Shown here piece after piece: positions 38,746 to 51,510 of a stretch of DNA of 64,000 bases. This DNA comes from Chiloscyllium plagiosum (lineage: Eukaryota). The position numbers and the translations under genes were made by a program. Where the stretch lies: assembly GCF_004010195.1 (NCBI RefSeq), contig NC_057719.1:45502658-45566657 (forward strand), read 5' to 3'. The first letter of the stretch is position 1. Each line of letters begins with the position of its first letter. The notes below the pieces were generated by a model. The model searched no databases, was not told the DNA's origin, and worked only from the letters and a program-made list of their open reading frames with translations.

Positions 38746-40344
38746 GTTCCTGCATCTTATAGTTTGATGCCATGTGCATGTTTTAGTGAAAGATCACTGC
38801 AATAACTTATAAAAAGAGATCCAATAAGTCAGCTTTATTCTGAAATCTGACTTGTTCGGTAAACACATCAATTCAGCACATAATGAGACATTCCGTCTCA
38901 TTGTTTATGGAAAATATTATTCTGTACTGATTTCCCATGGGAATAAAACCAGTTCTATGGAACTACAGTGTTATCAACAGTGTTTTAAAATAAACTATCA
39001 TGTAAATAAGAACTTATTCCTAAATCTGAATTATCGAGCAACTACACAGAAATTTGTAGCTTGATATAATTTTCAAAATACAAATAGAAGATATTCATTT
39101 GATCAAGTGAAGTTAAATAAGTTTAAACATTTTCTGTGCAACAGTTAGTTTGTCCCAAAGAATGTTCTTGATTTCCCTAAGAAAAATATTTGCAAACTTT
39201 ACTTTTCAATTACCACATTTCAGAACTTCCTGCATGTTTCCTATCAGTCTTAGGATTTTTGGTTAAACGTTTATGCCTAAACGTTATTCAAAATGTATGA
39301 ATTATAGTACACATACACAGCACAAACATTGTCCTAATAACACTCTCTCAATCTTCAGGTACAACACTGTGAAAAGAGATGATGACCATGGATTTTTCTG
39401 TTGGCCAAGCTTGGGCTTGGGAAAGTACTGCAATGGTTTGCTGATAATGACAGACTCGGAGTCTCTCCTATCTTTACCCCGTTGCCATATATTGAAAGAA
39501 TTTACAAATTGATACTTAACCTCTTAGGCCACATCATGAACACACCTTCCTTGGCCAACATGTCCTGGAGTGGGACTTGTGTATGGCATTCCTCCCGAAC
39601 TATCACTATCAACATGATGGAGTAAGCTATTCCAGCATTGCATATAAATTTTAGCACAATAGAAAACAGTTTAATTCATGAAGATTACACAAAGACATGG
39701 ACAATGCTTTGATTTCATTCCAATGAGTAATGAAAATCTACTTTGACAATGTGTAAAAGCCGGCATCAAAATCTTAATGTCCTGTTTGACATTTTGGGGA
39801 GCTCAGCCTGCAATGGGATCCAAAATTTATCCAACTACATTGAGTGGAATGATTGTTCCTGTTAAATTACACATATGAGGCAGTGCAACAGACTGGAAGA
39901 CTCTGCACAGACCTCGTTCTTTTTAAATGAATGCAACTTGAAAAGATTGGCTGTGCAAATATTATTGAAGGGAACAGAGAATAGACGCTGCTGAAAAATT
40001 TATGAAACAGTCACCAAATCAGCTGTTTGCATTTCACTAAGTACCAAACAGAATCCCCGGCCACTGTCCTCTAATGAAACACTTGTTTGTTTAACCTAAT
40101 AGGCACCAGTCTAATTTTGACCATTCCTTCCTATTTAACATTTCCCAGAACTATGTTCAGGTACAAAGTTTAAGAATTTGAAGGGTTAAGTTTCTCAGAG
40201 TGAAACTTAATCCACACTGCTTTAAGTAAATTTCTCAGGGCTGGGTGCCAGTATATAAACAATCAGTATATCTGTAAACAACAAGATGCCAACTTTTTCA
40301 AAATAAACTCAACACAGATTTAATCATACAATGGCTACAGGACA

Positions 40345-41415
40345 CTTTGTTTTGGGGGTTGGGGGAGGGTAGGGGCGAGGTTGGCAGCCAGTGGCGAATA
40401 GCCAGAGATTGTTGTCCACATGGGTACCAATGACTTTGGTAGAAAGAAGGGTGTGACACTGAAATCAGAATTTGGGGAGCTGGGTAGAGAGTTAGCAAGC
40501 AGGATTTCAAATGTAGTAATCTCTAGATTACTCCTAGTGCCAAGGGCAGTGAGCACAGAAATAAGGGAATCAGACAGATGAATGAGGCTGGAAAGATGGT
40601 GCAGGATGGAGCAATGTAGATTCCTGGGACACTGGAACGTGATCTGGGGAAGTTTGCATTTGTACAAGACAGGCAAGTTACACCTGAACAGAGCTGGGTA
40701 GAGGTCTTTGCAGGGCATTTTGCAAGTGTCCTTGTAACTAACTTGGAAGGCATGTGAGAACAAAGAGAGAAAAGTAGAGGAGAAAGTCAGCGCCTTGCAA
40801 AATAGTTATGGATACAGCTGGCACTAGGGTAAAGAATAGTAAATTGAAAGGTGAAGTCGGAAAAGGAGAGAAAGAAAGGAAGTGCACAACAGAGTTAATG
40901 TGCATTTTTATAAAGGCCTGGAGAATAGTAAATACGTTTGGTGAGTTAATTGTAAGACATAGATTACAATGTATGATGTTATGGTGGTGAAATGGTCAAA
41001 ATTGTGGTGAGTGCAGGTCACTCAGTTTGGACATAAAATAGATAGAACAGAGTTCTAACTAAATTGTGAAAATCTTGAAGCAAAGAAAGCTCAAAGAAAC
41101 TTGATCATTAAAATATTGTGAAACTTAATCATTAAAATGTTAATGGGTACAGAAAATAATCAAAAAGATTTGATAGAACCTGTTTTTTATATCTGGAATA
41201 TTAGAATACTCTGGGTGGAAATCATGTTTTAGCTATACAGAGCCTTGGTGGCATCACACATTCAGGACTCTGAAAATTTCTGGGCACTTCACCATAGGCT
41301 GGATAGGCGGGTCTTGGAGTGGGTGCAGTGTAGATTCACCAGAGCAATGTCTGGACTCTAAGATAAATTACTCTAAGGAGAGATGACACAATCTGGAGCT
41401 TTATATCCTGGTTTT
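40345..41415 (+). mobile_element. Degenerate CR1 (ORF1 esterase end and ORF2 pieces)
   Basis: PEIVVHMGTND, V.ISRLL, LHLNRAG. Confidence 0.7.
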
Positions 41416-41417
41416 CA

Positions 41418-42022
41418 GAACAAACAAAGAACAAAGAAACTTTACAGCCCAGGAACAGGCCCTTTGGCCCTTCAAGCCTGAGCCAATCCAAATGTACTGT
41501 CTAAACCTGTCGGTCAATTCCTAAGCATTTGTAACCCTCTGTTCCCCGCCGACTCATGCATCTGTCCAGACACATCTTAAGTGAATCTACTGTGCTGCCT
41601 CTACCACCTCTGCTGGCAATGCGTTCCAAATGCTCACCACCCTCTGTGTGAAGTACTTGCCGCGTGTATCCCCCTTAAACTTTCCACCTCTCACCTTAAA
41701 AGCATGACCTCTGGTTATTGAATCCTTCACCCTTAGAAAAAGCTTGTCTCTATCCACCCTGTCTATATCCTTCATGATTTTGTAAACCTCAAACAGGACC
41801 CCCCTCAATCTTTTTTCTAGTGAAAATAAACCTAACCTACTCAACCTCTCTTCATAGCTATCACCTTCCATACCAGGCAACATCCTCGTAAACCTTCTCT
41901 GCACCCTCTCCAAAGCGTCCACATCCTTTTGGTAATGTGGTGACCAGAACTGTACACAATATTCTAAATACGGCCAAACCAATGTCTTGTATAATTTTAA
42001 CTTGACTTGCCAGCTCTTATAC
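41418..42022 (-). mobile_element. CR1 3' end running into the gap
   Basis: LYKTLVWPYLEYCVQFWSP...TRGH...FTQRVVSIWNALP. Confidence 0.9.
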
Positions 42023-42522
42023 NNNNNNNNNNNNNNNNNNNNNNNNNNNNNNNNNNNNNNNNNNNNNNNNNNNNNNNNNNNNNNNNNNNNNNNNNNNNNN
42101 NNNNNNNNNNNNNNNNNNNNNNNNNNNNNNNNNNNNNNNNNNNNNNNNNNNNNNNNNNNNNNNNNNNNNNNNNNNNNNNNNNNNNNNNNNNNNNNNNNNN
42201 NNNNNNNNNNNNNNNNNNNNNNNNNNNNNNNNNNNNNNNNNNNNNNNNNNNNNNNNNNNNNNNNNNNNNNNNNNNNNNNNNNNNNNNNNNNNNNNNNNNN
42301 NNNNNNNNNNNNNNNNNNNNNNNNNNNNNNNNNNNNNNNNNNNNNNNNNNNNNNNNNNNNNNNNNNNNNNNNNNNNNNNNNNNNNNNNNNNNNNNNNNNN
42401 NNNNNNNNNNNNNNNNNNNNNNNNNNNNNNNNNNNNNNNNNNNNNNNNNNNNNNNNNNNNNNNNNNNNNNNNNNNNNNNNNNNNNNNNNNNNNNNNNNNN
42501 NNNNNNNNNNNNNNNNNNNNNN
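42023..42522. other. Assembly gap (500 N)
   Basis: Run of N. Confidence 1.
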
Positions 42523-42839
42523 CAGACTGGCACATTCCAAGGTCCAGGACTACGTATTGAGGGACACGCTGAAGCTTGGGGTAGCTGCCGCCAAGGCGCG
42601 GTGGGGAAAGACCACTGTGTAAAGTCTGCCTGCCTAAAGAAGAACAGGGGGCCCGCGCAGTCATTTGGGCTCTGCTGATGCCTCAGCAATAAAATATACT
42701 CGTACAGACCTATAACTAGGAATGATTACTCTGTTTTCGGTATGCAAACAAATGGAATGTTTACATATGTATGGCATGTCCAATTGTACAGATCATCAAA
42801 GTATTTTATGAATAAAGTATATTTTTGAAATTAAAAAAA
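42523..42839 (+). mobile_element. Tx1-like LINE 3' end
   Basis: RLAHSKVQDYVLRDTLKLGVAAAKARWGKTTV* and an A-rich tail, like 12560-13026. Confidence 0.72.
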
Positions 42840-42849
42840 TGTTGAGACT

Positions 42850-43218
42850 ATAACTTCTTCAGCCCTTCTAATCTCAACCTGTAAGCCTGTTTCATTTTCA
42901 CTCTGTGTTTAAGGGATTTGTTTGTTGGGACTGTTGTATATTTTTGGGATAGCATAATTAAGCATAAAAATCTTCTCCAAACTCGTTAACACATAATTAA
43001 GTCTACTTTGGATAGACTGACTCCTGTGGATATTCTGTTCTTTGTGTTTCATTCTGTAATTTAGTGAATAAATTTTTGTCTGTTTTAACCTGGTAGTCAA
43101 CCCAGCTAACTTACTCCGGGTAATTTTAACTGGACACTTACCAAAGGAAATTGCAAAGTTACAGTCTCGGCTGCCTGCTTAGGAATGTTTTGAGTGATCT
43201 GGCCTAGTCCTTAATACA
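42850..43218 (+). mobile_element. 3' portion of an LTR related to 36805-37473
   Basis: gaataaa...cctggta...ggctg...gatctggcctagtcc..aca ending resembles the solo LTR 3' end. Confidence 0.5.
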
Positions 43219-44157
43219 GTTTCAGACAAGCCAGTGATTAACACAAACAAAAACAGAAAAGGTTGGAAAAGCTCCGCTGGTCTGGCAGTATATTGTGGAG
43301 AGTTGTCATTTCGGGTTCAGTGACTCTCCCTCAGAACGTCAGAAGTGATTAAAACTGTTTTCTATTTGCTTTTACTTTCTTAAAATTCGTTATAGGTCTT
43401 TTGCCACTTGACTTAATGACTCAATCTATTGTGAAATCTGGTTAAATGTGACCTATAAGCAATGATGAAAGTCACACATTAACATTCATTAGTTACAATC
43501 GATAAATTGTTGTTTCTGTTGAATTTCTCTAGGTTTTCCCATCAGACAATACGCACGGCATGTATAATGCACATGGAAATACTTCTCAAGGTGCATTAAT
43601 CATCTTCTAGGTATGTGTGACTTTGCTCTTTCACGGTTTGGTGCCAAATAAAAAACAGAACAGAGGCTATGTTTTCTTCAGAAAGCGGTTACTACTCACA
43701 TCCTGTTCCCACCCACACATCCAGTAGCTCGTCCAGCAGCAAGATTGAACTTGCGAGTTCCCCAGCCCTCTCTCAGACTTGGCTCCGTGGAGACTTGGGG
43801 GGGCGGGAGGTGCTAATTGGACAGGAGTGTGCTGGTCTGGATGTGGGGTGAAGGGGTGGGAGGGGACGTGGAATGCAATCGTGAGGAGGGAGGGACAGAG
43901 AGAGAAACCCCAGTGTTGTAAGGGTAACTGAGGTTTTTATTCTTGAGTGGGAGAGGATTGGGCTTTCATTGGGGGAGGAGGGTGGGGGGGGATACTAGCC
44001 TTACGTCAGCCCGGACCAAAGGGGAGGGAAGGAAGTGTGGGAACCCCACATGGGGCTCTTTCCCTCAGGTCGGAAGGAGTGGAACTCTGTTTGTCCCTGA
44101 GTTTAAGGTGGGTAGGAAATCTGTTGGAGAGTGTCCCGCCGATTGAGGAGAGGGAGG

Positions 44158-44176
44158 GAGAGAGAGAGAGAGAGAG
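44158..44176. repeat. (GA)n microsatellite just upstream of the receptor ATG
   Basis: Direct reading. Confidence 0.9.
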
Positions 44177-44217
44177 TTGCCCATCTCCCATCTCCCTTGC
44201 TGGAGGACAGCCCCGCT

Positions 44218-45000
44218 ATGTGCAATGATAGCTACTGGAACTCTACGACAGTGTGCCCCGGCGCCGGACCGGCTGTCAGCGCCATCATGTTCGTCACCGG
44301 CGTCCTGGGCAATGTGTTGGCGCTGGTGGTGCTGGCTCTGCACAAGAGGGGCAGCCGCAGCCGGGTGTCCCTGTTCCACATCCTGGTGAGCAGCCTGATC
44401 GTCACCGACCTGATGGGGAACCTGCTCATCAGCCCCGTGGTGCTGGCCGCCTATGCCAGCGGCTTCTCGCTCATGCACCTCCGGCTCTGCGACTACTGCG
44501 CCTTCGCCATGGCTTTCTTCGGGCTCAGCTCCATGTTGATCCTGTTCGCCATGGCCCTGGAGCGCTACCTGTCCATTGGCTGCCCTTACTTCTACTCGCG
44601 GCACGCCAACCGGCGCACCGGCCTGGTCACCATCCCGCTCATCTACGGCTTCTGCATCGTGTTCTGCTCGCTGCCGCTCTTCCACACCGGCCCGTACGCC
44701 CAGTACTACCCGGGGACCTGGTGCTTCATCATGATGCACACCAAATGCCAGCCGGCCAAGGTGCGCCTCTACTCCCTGTCCTACGCCATCCTCATGAAGG
44801 TGCTGATCATTTCCATCTTACTGTGCAACGTCTCGGTTATTATCAACCTCTGCCGCATGTACCAGAGGCAGAGGTCACGGAGATGCTCCAGGCAGTCCAG
44901 CGCCAGGAGAGATCACAGTGCTCAAGCCGAGGAAGTGGACCACCTCATTCTTTTAGCCATCATGACGATTACTTTCGTGATCTGCTCTGTGCCCCTCACG
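44218..45000 (+). CDS. Prostanoid receptor, prostaglandin E2 receptor EP2-subtype-like (PTGER2/PTGDR subgroup), coding exon 1 (N-terminus to TM6)
   Basis: The first in-frame ATG is at 44218; the ORF-track start at 44131 is a GTG. Motifs include GVLGN (TM1), SLFHILV, ISPVVLAAY, LFAMALERYLSIG.PYFY, QY.PGTWCF and EEVDHLILLAIMTITF, close to vertebrate EP2. The exon ends at a phase-0 GTGAGT donor at 45001, matching the TM6 intron position conserved in prostanoid receptors. Orthology (EP2 vs DP1) is unresolved, so no symbol is given. Confidence 0.93.
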
Positions 45001-47774
45001 GTGAGTCTCAGTCTGGCCCCTGGTGTCACTGAGCAGCTGCACATTGGGGTTTTTTTTTGGGGAGGGGAGAAGTTGAACAATCCAGAGGTCATGATTTACG
45101 TTGATGCCAATGACCTCGGTAAAAAGAGGGATGAGGGGTCCTGAAAGCAGAGCTTAGGCAGCATCTCTCTCACACTCCCGCCCTGGGCTGTTGGCGTGCG
45201 CCTTCCTGAGAGGGCCTTGATGGGAACAAGCGCGCCAACGAGTTTCAGTCTTACTTGTTTATTAAATTGGATGTGAGAAAGTAACAGGGCGAGCAAAAGG
45301 GACGCGCACCCTTACCGATCATCCAGAGGGCTTTCGTAACCAACAAAAAGCGCATTTCCTCAAAGGAACAAAATAATTTTACTGAGGAACGGTATAATCG
45401 AGCTCACCAAGCCCCTTCTTAGAGTTTCTGACCAGCTTGTGATAGCAACTTATTTACCATCCATGGAAACTTAAGAGTCTTTGGAAATGAATGGATGGAG
45501 AAAAGTTTGGAAAGCACGGACAACTATTTAAGGCGTTGAAGAAACTGAAATCTAATCACAATGTCTATGGCAGAGAATATCAATAGAAAATTTTCAACAG
45601 ACTAGTATGTTTTATCCTTACAAGATAATAGTTATTTTACAATTTGGGCAACAGTAGAATTTTCATGGAGCAGAAACCTTAATTTTTTTCAACTTGACAT
45701 TCCATTTAATTCTCAAAATTAGTAATATTTTGTTTTCATTTTGTATTTGATTTGTTTGAGTTAATATTATGTGAAATCAATTTAATGATTATGAATCCAC
45801 AAAGGTGAGAACTATTTGGAAAGCACGTAGTTCTATGGCAAGTGAGGTGCCAACAGGCAAAATAGAAATGTGTTCCACCTCAGGAGTAACTGGCAGGTAG
45901 CACCAGAGTCTTATGAGTCTGTCTGGCTTTCCACTTTGGTTATTGTTGAGGGTGGTGGTTCCTCAGAAATGTAGAATCTGGAAAGTTTGTGGCACCACAA
46001 GGATTAATTATACATGTGGCCTTGGGGGAAGGGTTGTGGATGAGAGTTAAAAGGCAATAGTGGTAGGATATGTAATTGTTCGGGGAATGCAGAATGCATT
46101 TTTGCAGCCTTAGACCTGATTACAGGATAGCACATTGCAGCCTCAGTGCCTGCTACAAGGATGTCACTGAGCAGCTGCAGGGTGTTTTTTTGGGAGAAGT
46201 TGTACAATCCAGAGGTCATGGTTTACATTGATACCAATAACATAGATAAAAAGAGGGATGAGGTCCTGATAGCAGAGTTTAGGCAGCAAGGAAAGGCGGA
46301 TGTAAATAAGGACCTTTAAGACAGTAACCTCAAGATTACTCTCACCACCACATGCTAGTGAGCATAGAAATAATAATTTTGAGCAAATTACCATGTGCCT
46401 GGCGAGGAAGAAAGGCTTTAGATTTCTGGGGTATTAGGTTCACATCTGGGACAGGTCAATCCTGCACAAGGAGGACAGTCACAGCTTAGCAAGATTGGGA
46501 CTAATATCTGCACAGGGGGATTTGCTTGTGTTCTTAGAAAACGTTTAAACCAACTTATAAGGGGAAATTGAAAATTGAAATGGAATTCAGATAGTGCAAA
46601 ACTAAGCTGGGCAATGAGATTAGAAAAATAACAAGCAAAAGTAGAACCAGAAACAAAGGCCAACATCAAAAAGAGTAAATGACAGAATGTGGAGGGAGTG
46701 CAGCACGGATTTATTGGATTGATTCCTGGGATGGCAGGACTGAAGTATGAAGAGAGATTGGATCAGTTAAGATTATATTCACTGGAATGTCGAAGAATGA
46801 GGAGGGATGTCATAGAAACTTTTAAAATTCTAACAGGACGAGACAGAAAGAATGTTTCAAATGGCCAGGGAGTCCAGAAACATGGGGCACAGTCTAAGTA
46901 GATGAGCTTGGCTATTTAGCACTGAGATGAGGAGAAATTTCTTCACCCAGAGAATGATGAACCTATAGAATTCTCTGTCACAGAAATCAGTTGAGGCCAA
47001 ACATTGAATGTTTTCAAGAAGGAGTTAGATATAGTTCTTAGGGTTAAAAGGATCAGAGGATATGGGGAGAAAGCTGGAACTGGGAATTGATATGGATGAT
47101 CAGCCATTATTAGATTGAATGGTGGAGCAGATTCAAAGGACCAAATGGCTTACTCTTCCTATTTTCTGTTTCTAATGTTGCAAAGACAGAATTAAGGAAA
47201 CCATTTGAATACATACAACATTTACAACAAGTTAGGTGACTCAATAGCACAAATAAAAATGAACAGGTGTGATCTAGTTGCCTTTGTGGCAATCTGGCTG
47301 ATGGGCAATAAAAGTTGGAGTCTCTATACTTAAGGATATTCAACATTTAGAAAGGACAGACCAAAAGGAAAAGGAAATCGGATACAGTACATTTGTGAGA
47401 GAGGACGTTCAGTTGGTAGGATAGAACTCACAGTTTGTTTGGGTGGTTCTGAGAAACAGCAAGGGGCAGAAAACATTGGTAAGAGGTGTTTATAGACCAG
47501 AGAATACTAGTCTTAATGTGGCACACAGAATAAACATGGTATAAGCTAGGAGGTTAGAGGTGCATGTAACGTGGGTACTGAAATAGTCATGGGTAAATTC
47601 AGTCTAAATACCAACATTTAATGAGCAACATTTATATTGAGGATTGGAAGATCAATTTTTGAAATTTGTACATGGTAGTTTTCAAGAGCAGTGTGTTGAG
47701 CAGACAACAAGCTGACAGGATACTTTACATCTTATACTATACAATGATAAAGGACTAATTAATAATGCTATTAG

Positions 47775-49088
47775 AATTCTTGAGAAGATTTGTAGCTCAA
47801 GTTGTGGATGAAGTAATGGATTCGTTTACAGTGTGTTTTCCTGCAGACATTTTGTTGCCTCACTAAGTGACATCATCAGTGCACCTTTGATATGGTGTTG
47901 GTGCTCTGTCCTGCCTGATATTTATATGTAGCTGTTTGTTAATACTCTAGGTTCTGGAACTGAATGGTTTGCATCCTGGTCCAGTTCAATGTGTCTGTTG
48001 TTTGAGTTCCAGTTGGAGTGCCAAGCTTCAAAGAATTCTCTGGCATGTCTCTGTTCACCTCTGCTGGGATGGTGATATTGTCCCAGTTGAATTTGTATGC
48101 TTTGTTGTTTGTGTGGTTGGAAATGAGAGTGAACTGGTCATGTTTGTGCACTCATATGATGAGTTTTCTTCCTGTTTGTCCTATGTGGTGTTTTTCACAG
48201 TCTTTGCAGGGTATCTTGTAGATGAAGTACATCCTATTGGATGTGGGCGTTGGGTCTTTAACCTTTGTGAGGAGCTGGAGGAAGGTGTTAACTGGTTTTT
48301 GGGCCACTAAGATTCCCAAGGGTCTGAGTAGTTGGGTGGTTATCTCTGATATGTCTTTGATGTATGATATGGTTGCTATTGTGTCTGGTCTTGTAGTCTT
48401 GTCTTCTTTGGGTTTGTCCTGTAAGTATCGGAGGATAGTACTCTTGGGGTACCCGTTTCCTTTAAATCCTTTGAATAGGTGTTCCTGTTCTGCCTTCTAG
48501 AGTTCTGGGTTGCTGCAGTGTGCCCTTGTTTAAATAATGTCCTAATGCAGCTCCATTTTTAGGTGTTGGGGTGGTTGCTGTTATGGTTGCTGTCTGGTCA
48601 GTATGGGTGTTCTTCATGGACGCATTGGTCTGGAGTTCCCCAATAGGTGTGCGTTACACTAATACAGCCAGGAAGGCGAGTTTGCTGTTGTTTTTCTCTT
48701 CTATAGTGAGCGTTATTCCGATGAGGGTGTTATTGATGTGGTGGTGGGTTTCTTGCAGTTGTCTACATTCAATGATGACAAAGGTGTCATCTACATACTG
48801 GAACCAGAGTTTGGGTTGGATGGTGGGGAAGGCTGTCTATTGTAAGCTTTGCATTACTGCTTCTGCTATCAGTCCTGATATCGGGGAACCCATTGGTGTG
48901 CCATTGATTTGTCTGTACACCTGTCCATTGAATTTGAGGCATAGGTATAGTAGTTTTAATATGCTGTTCTTGTTGATGCTGCTGGTGTCATCAGGTGTCC
49001 TAGTAACCGCTTTGTCCAATAATGTGGCAATGGTATCCTTGGCTAGGTCGATATCTTTTGATGTGAAGAGTGCTGTTACATCAAATTG
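47775..49088 (-). mobile_element. Penelope-like element (RT to GIY-YIG to pLTR), decayed
   Basis: FNGQVYRQINGTPMGSPISGLIAEAVM, YVDDTF; pLTR with a CpG-decayed hammerhead at 47846-47879. Confidence 0.85.
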
Positions 49089-50037
49089 TCTATTATTTTG
49101 AAAGCAATGTATTTCATTCTGTAACTAGGTCTTAAATTGAAGCAAAGGAAACTTTAATGTATGACAGGTTGTGTGGACTCTGGATAGGTGGATACGTTAT
49201 AAGGTATGGCAGTAGATAAGTGATGGCTGGCACTTAAATAATCAATACATGGTTTACGTTCCTGTGTGTTTCCTCAATGCACAAAAACACACAGGAACAG
49301 TGAGATAGCTAATTTGTTTAAAGGTGAAATTGCCAAAAATTGCCTGAGGATTGGCATCATGTTAGAATTCAGCAAAGGAAGCAGATGAAAGCAATAAGGA
49401 ATGGCAGAAGAGAATATTAATGTACACTAGCAAGATATATAAAAATGGACTGGAAAGGCTTCTCGGGAATGTGGAAAGGAAAAGCTTAGAAAAGACAAAT
49501 GTAAGTCCATAATAGGCAGGAGATTATGATGAGAAATAGGAAAATGGCACCAAAACTAAATAAATAGTTAATGTGTGTACTTACAGAAGGAAATGTAAGA
49601 AATCTCCCAAAAATCATAGAGGTCCACGGGATTGTTGAGAATATAGAACTAAAATAAATTAATATTGTAAATAATTAGTAATGAGCAAATTAATGGAACT
49701 GAAAATTGATAAATTTCCAGGATCGACATTGCTGAGTGTTGAGACAGGCAACAGGGATAGTGGATGCACTGGTTGTCATCTTTCAAACTATTTCAGATTC
49801 CAGAACATTTGAAAAGTTGCAAATGTAACCTCATAATTTGAGAAAGGAGGGAGGGAGGGAGAAATCCAGGAACTACAGAGTTGTTAGCCTGGATGTCAGT
49901 AGTAGGGAAATACTTGCATCTATTATGAAGGTTGTGATAACTGGACCCTTCAAAAATAACGATCTGATTTGGCAAGTAAAAACATGGATTTTAGTAGGGG
50001 AAATCATGTTTGACAAACTTGGTAGTGCTACAATATT

Positions 50038-51510
50038 CAAGGAGAAAGTCAGGACTGCAGATGCTGGAGATCAGAGCTGAAAATGTGTTGCTGGAAAAGC
50101 GCAGCAGGTCAGGCAGCATCCAAGGAACAGGAGAGTCGACGTTTCGGGCATAAGCCCTTCTTCAGGAATGAGGAAAGTGTGTCCAGCAGGCTAAGATAAA
50201 AGGTAGGGAGGAGGGACTTGGGGGAGGGGCGTTGGAAATGCGATAGGTGGAGGGAGGTCAAGGTGAGGGTGATAGGCCGGAGTGGGGTAAGGGCGGAGAG
50301 GTCAGGAAGAAGATTACAGGTTAGGAAGGCGGTGCTGAGTTCGAGGGATTTGACTGAGACAAGGTGGGGGGAGGGGAAATGCCACCCCCCACCTTTTCCT
50401 CTGCTACATCGATGACTGTATCGGCGCTGCCTCGTGCTCCCGCGAGGAGGTCGAACAGTTCATCCACTTTACCAACACCTTCCACCCCGACCTCAAATTC
50501 ACCTGGACCGTCTCAGACTCCTCCCTCCCCTTCCTAGACCTTTCCATTTCTATCCCGGGCGACCGTATCAACACGGACATTTACTATAAACCAACCGACT
50601 CCCACAGCTACCTAGACTACACCTCCTCCCACCCTGCCCCCTGTAAAAACGCCATCCCATATTCCCAATTCCTTCGTCTCCGCCGCATCTGCTCCCAAGA
50701 GGACCANNNNNNNNNNNNNNNNNNNNNNNNNNNNNNNNNNNNNNNNNNNNNNNNNNNNNNNNNNNNNNNNNNNNNNNNNNNNNNNNNNNNNNNNNNNNNN
50801 NNNNNNNNNNNNNNNNNNNNNNNNNNNNNNNNNNNNNNNNNNNNNNNNNNNNNNNNNNNNNNNNNNNNNNNNNNNNNNNNNNNNNNNNNNNNNNNNNNNN
50901 NNNNNNNNNNNNNNNNNNNNNNNNNNNNNNNNNNNNNNNNNNNNNNNNNNNNNNNNNNNNNNNNNNNNNNNNNNNNNNNNNNNNNNNNNNNNNNNNNNNN
51001 NNNNNNNNNNNNNNNNNNNNNNNNNNNNNNNNNNNNNNNNNNNNNNNNNNNNNNNNNNNNNNNNNNNNNNNNNNNNNNNNNNNNNNNNNNNNNNNNNNNN
51101 NNNNNNNNNNNNNNNNNNNNNNNNNNNNNNNNNNNNNNNNNNNNNNNNNNNNNNNNNNNNNNNNNNNNNNNNNNNNNNNNNNNNNNNNNNNNNNNNNNNN
51201 NNNNNNNNNNNNNNNNNNNNNNNNNNNNNNNNNNNNNNNNNNNNNNNNNNNNNNNNNNNNNNNNNNNNNNNNNNNNNNNNNNNNNNNNNNNNNNNNNNNN
51301 NNNNNNNNNGCCTATCACCCTCACCTTGACCTCCCTCCACCTATCGCATTTCCAATGCCCCTCCCCCAAGTCCCTCCTCCCTACCTTTTAGCTTAGCCTG
51401 CTGGACACACTTTCCTCATTCCTGAAGAAGGGCTTATGCCCAAAACGTCGATTCTCCTGTTCCTTGGATGCTGCCTGACCTGCTGCGCTTTCCCAGCAAC
51501 ACATTTTCAG
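50038..51510 (+). mobile_element. Penelope-like element with inverted 5' pLTR and 3' pLTR, gap inside
   Basis: RT fragment YIDDCIG...PFLDL...YKPTDSHSYL..SSHP..CKNAIPYSQFLRLRRICS. 50038-50380 is the inverse of the 51310-51510 repeat. Direct repeat agtgctacaatatt at 50024-50037 and 51509-51522. Confidence 0.9.
50707..51309. other. Assembly gap (603 N)
   Basis: Run of N. Confidence 1.

Larger units (their letters stand above)
43780..45350 (+). promoter_or_regulatory. Putative promoter and CpG island of the receptor gene
   Basis: Sharp rise in GC and CpG against a depleted background. GC-box-like gggcggg near 43801, TTACGTCA at 44001-44008, G-runs, and (GA)n just upstream of the ATG. TSS unknown. 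Confidence 0.65.

Noticed and set aside
44036..44066. NF-kB site (gggaacccc) in the promoter
   Set aside because: Does not fit GGGRNNYYCC fully on either strand.
44065..44739. 224-aa antisense ORF, and the 259-aa alternate-frame ORF at 44253-45032
   Set aside because: Expected by-products of the GC-rich receptor exon; no recognisable motifs.
44131..45144. 337-aa single-exon receptor as given by the ORF track
   Set aside because: Starts at GTG and runs through a canonical donor at 45001; TM7 lies in exon 2 at 55132.
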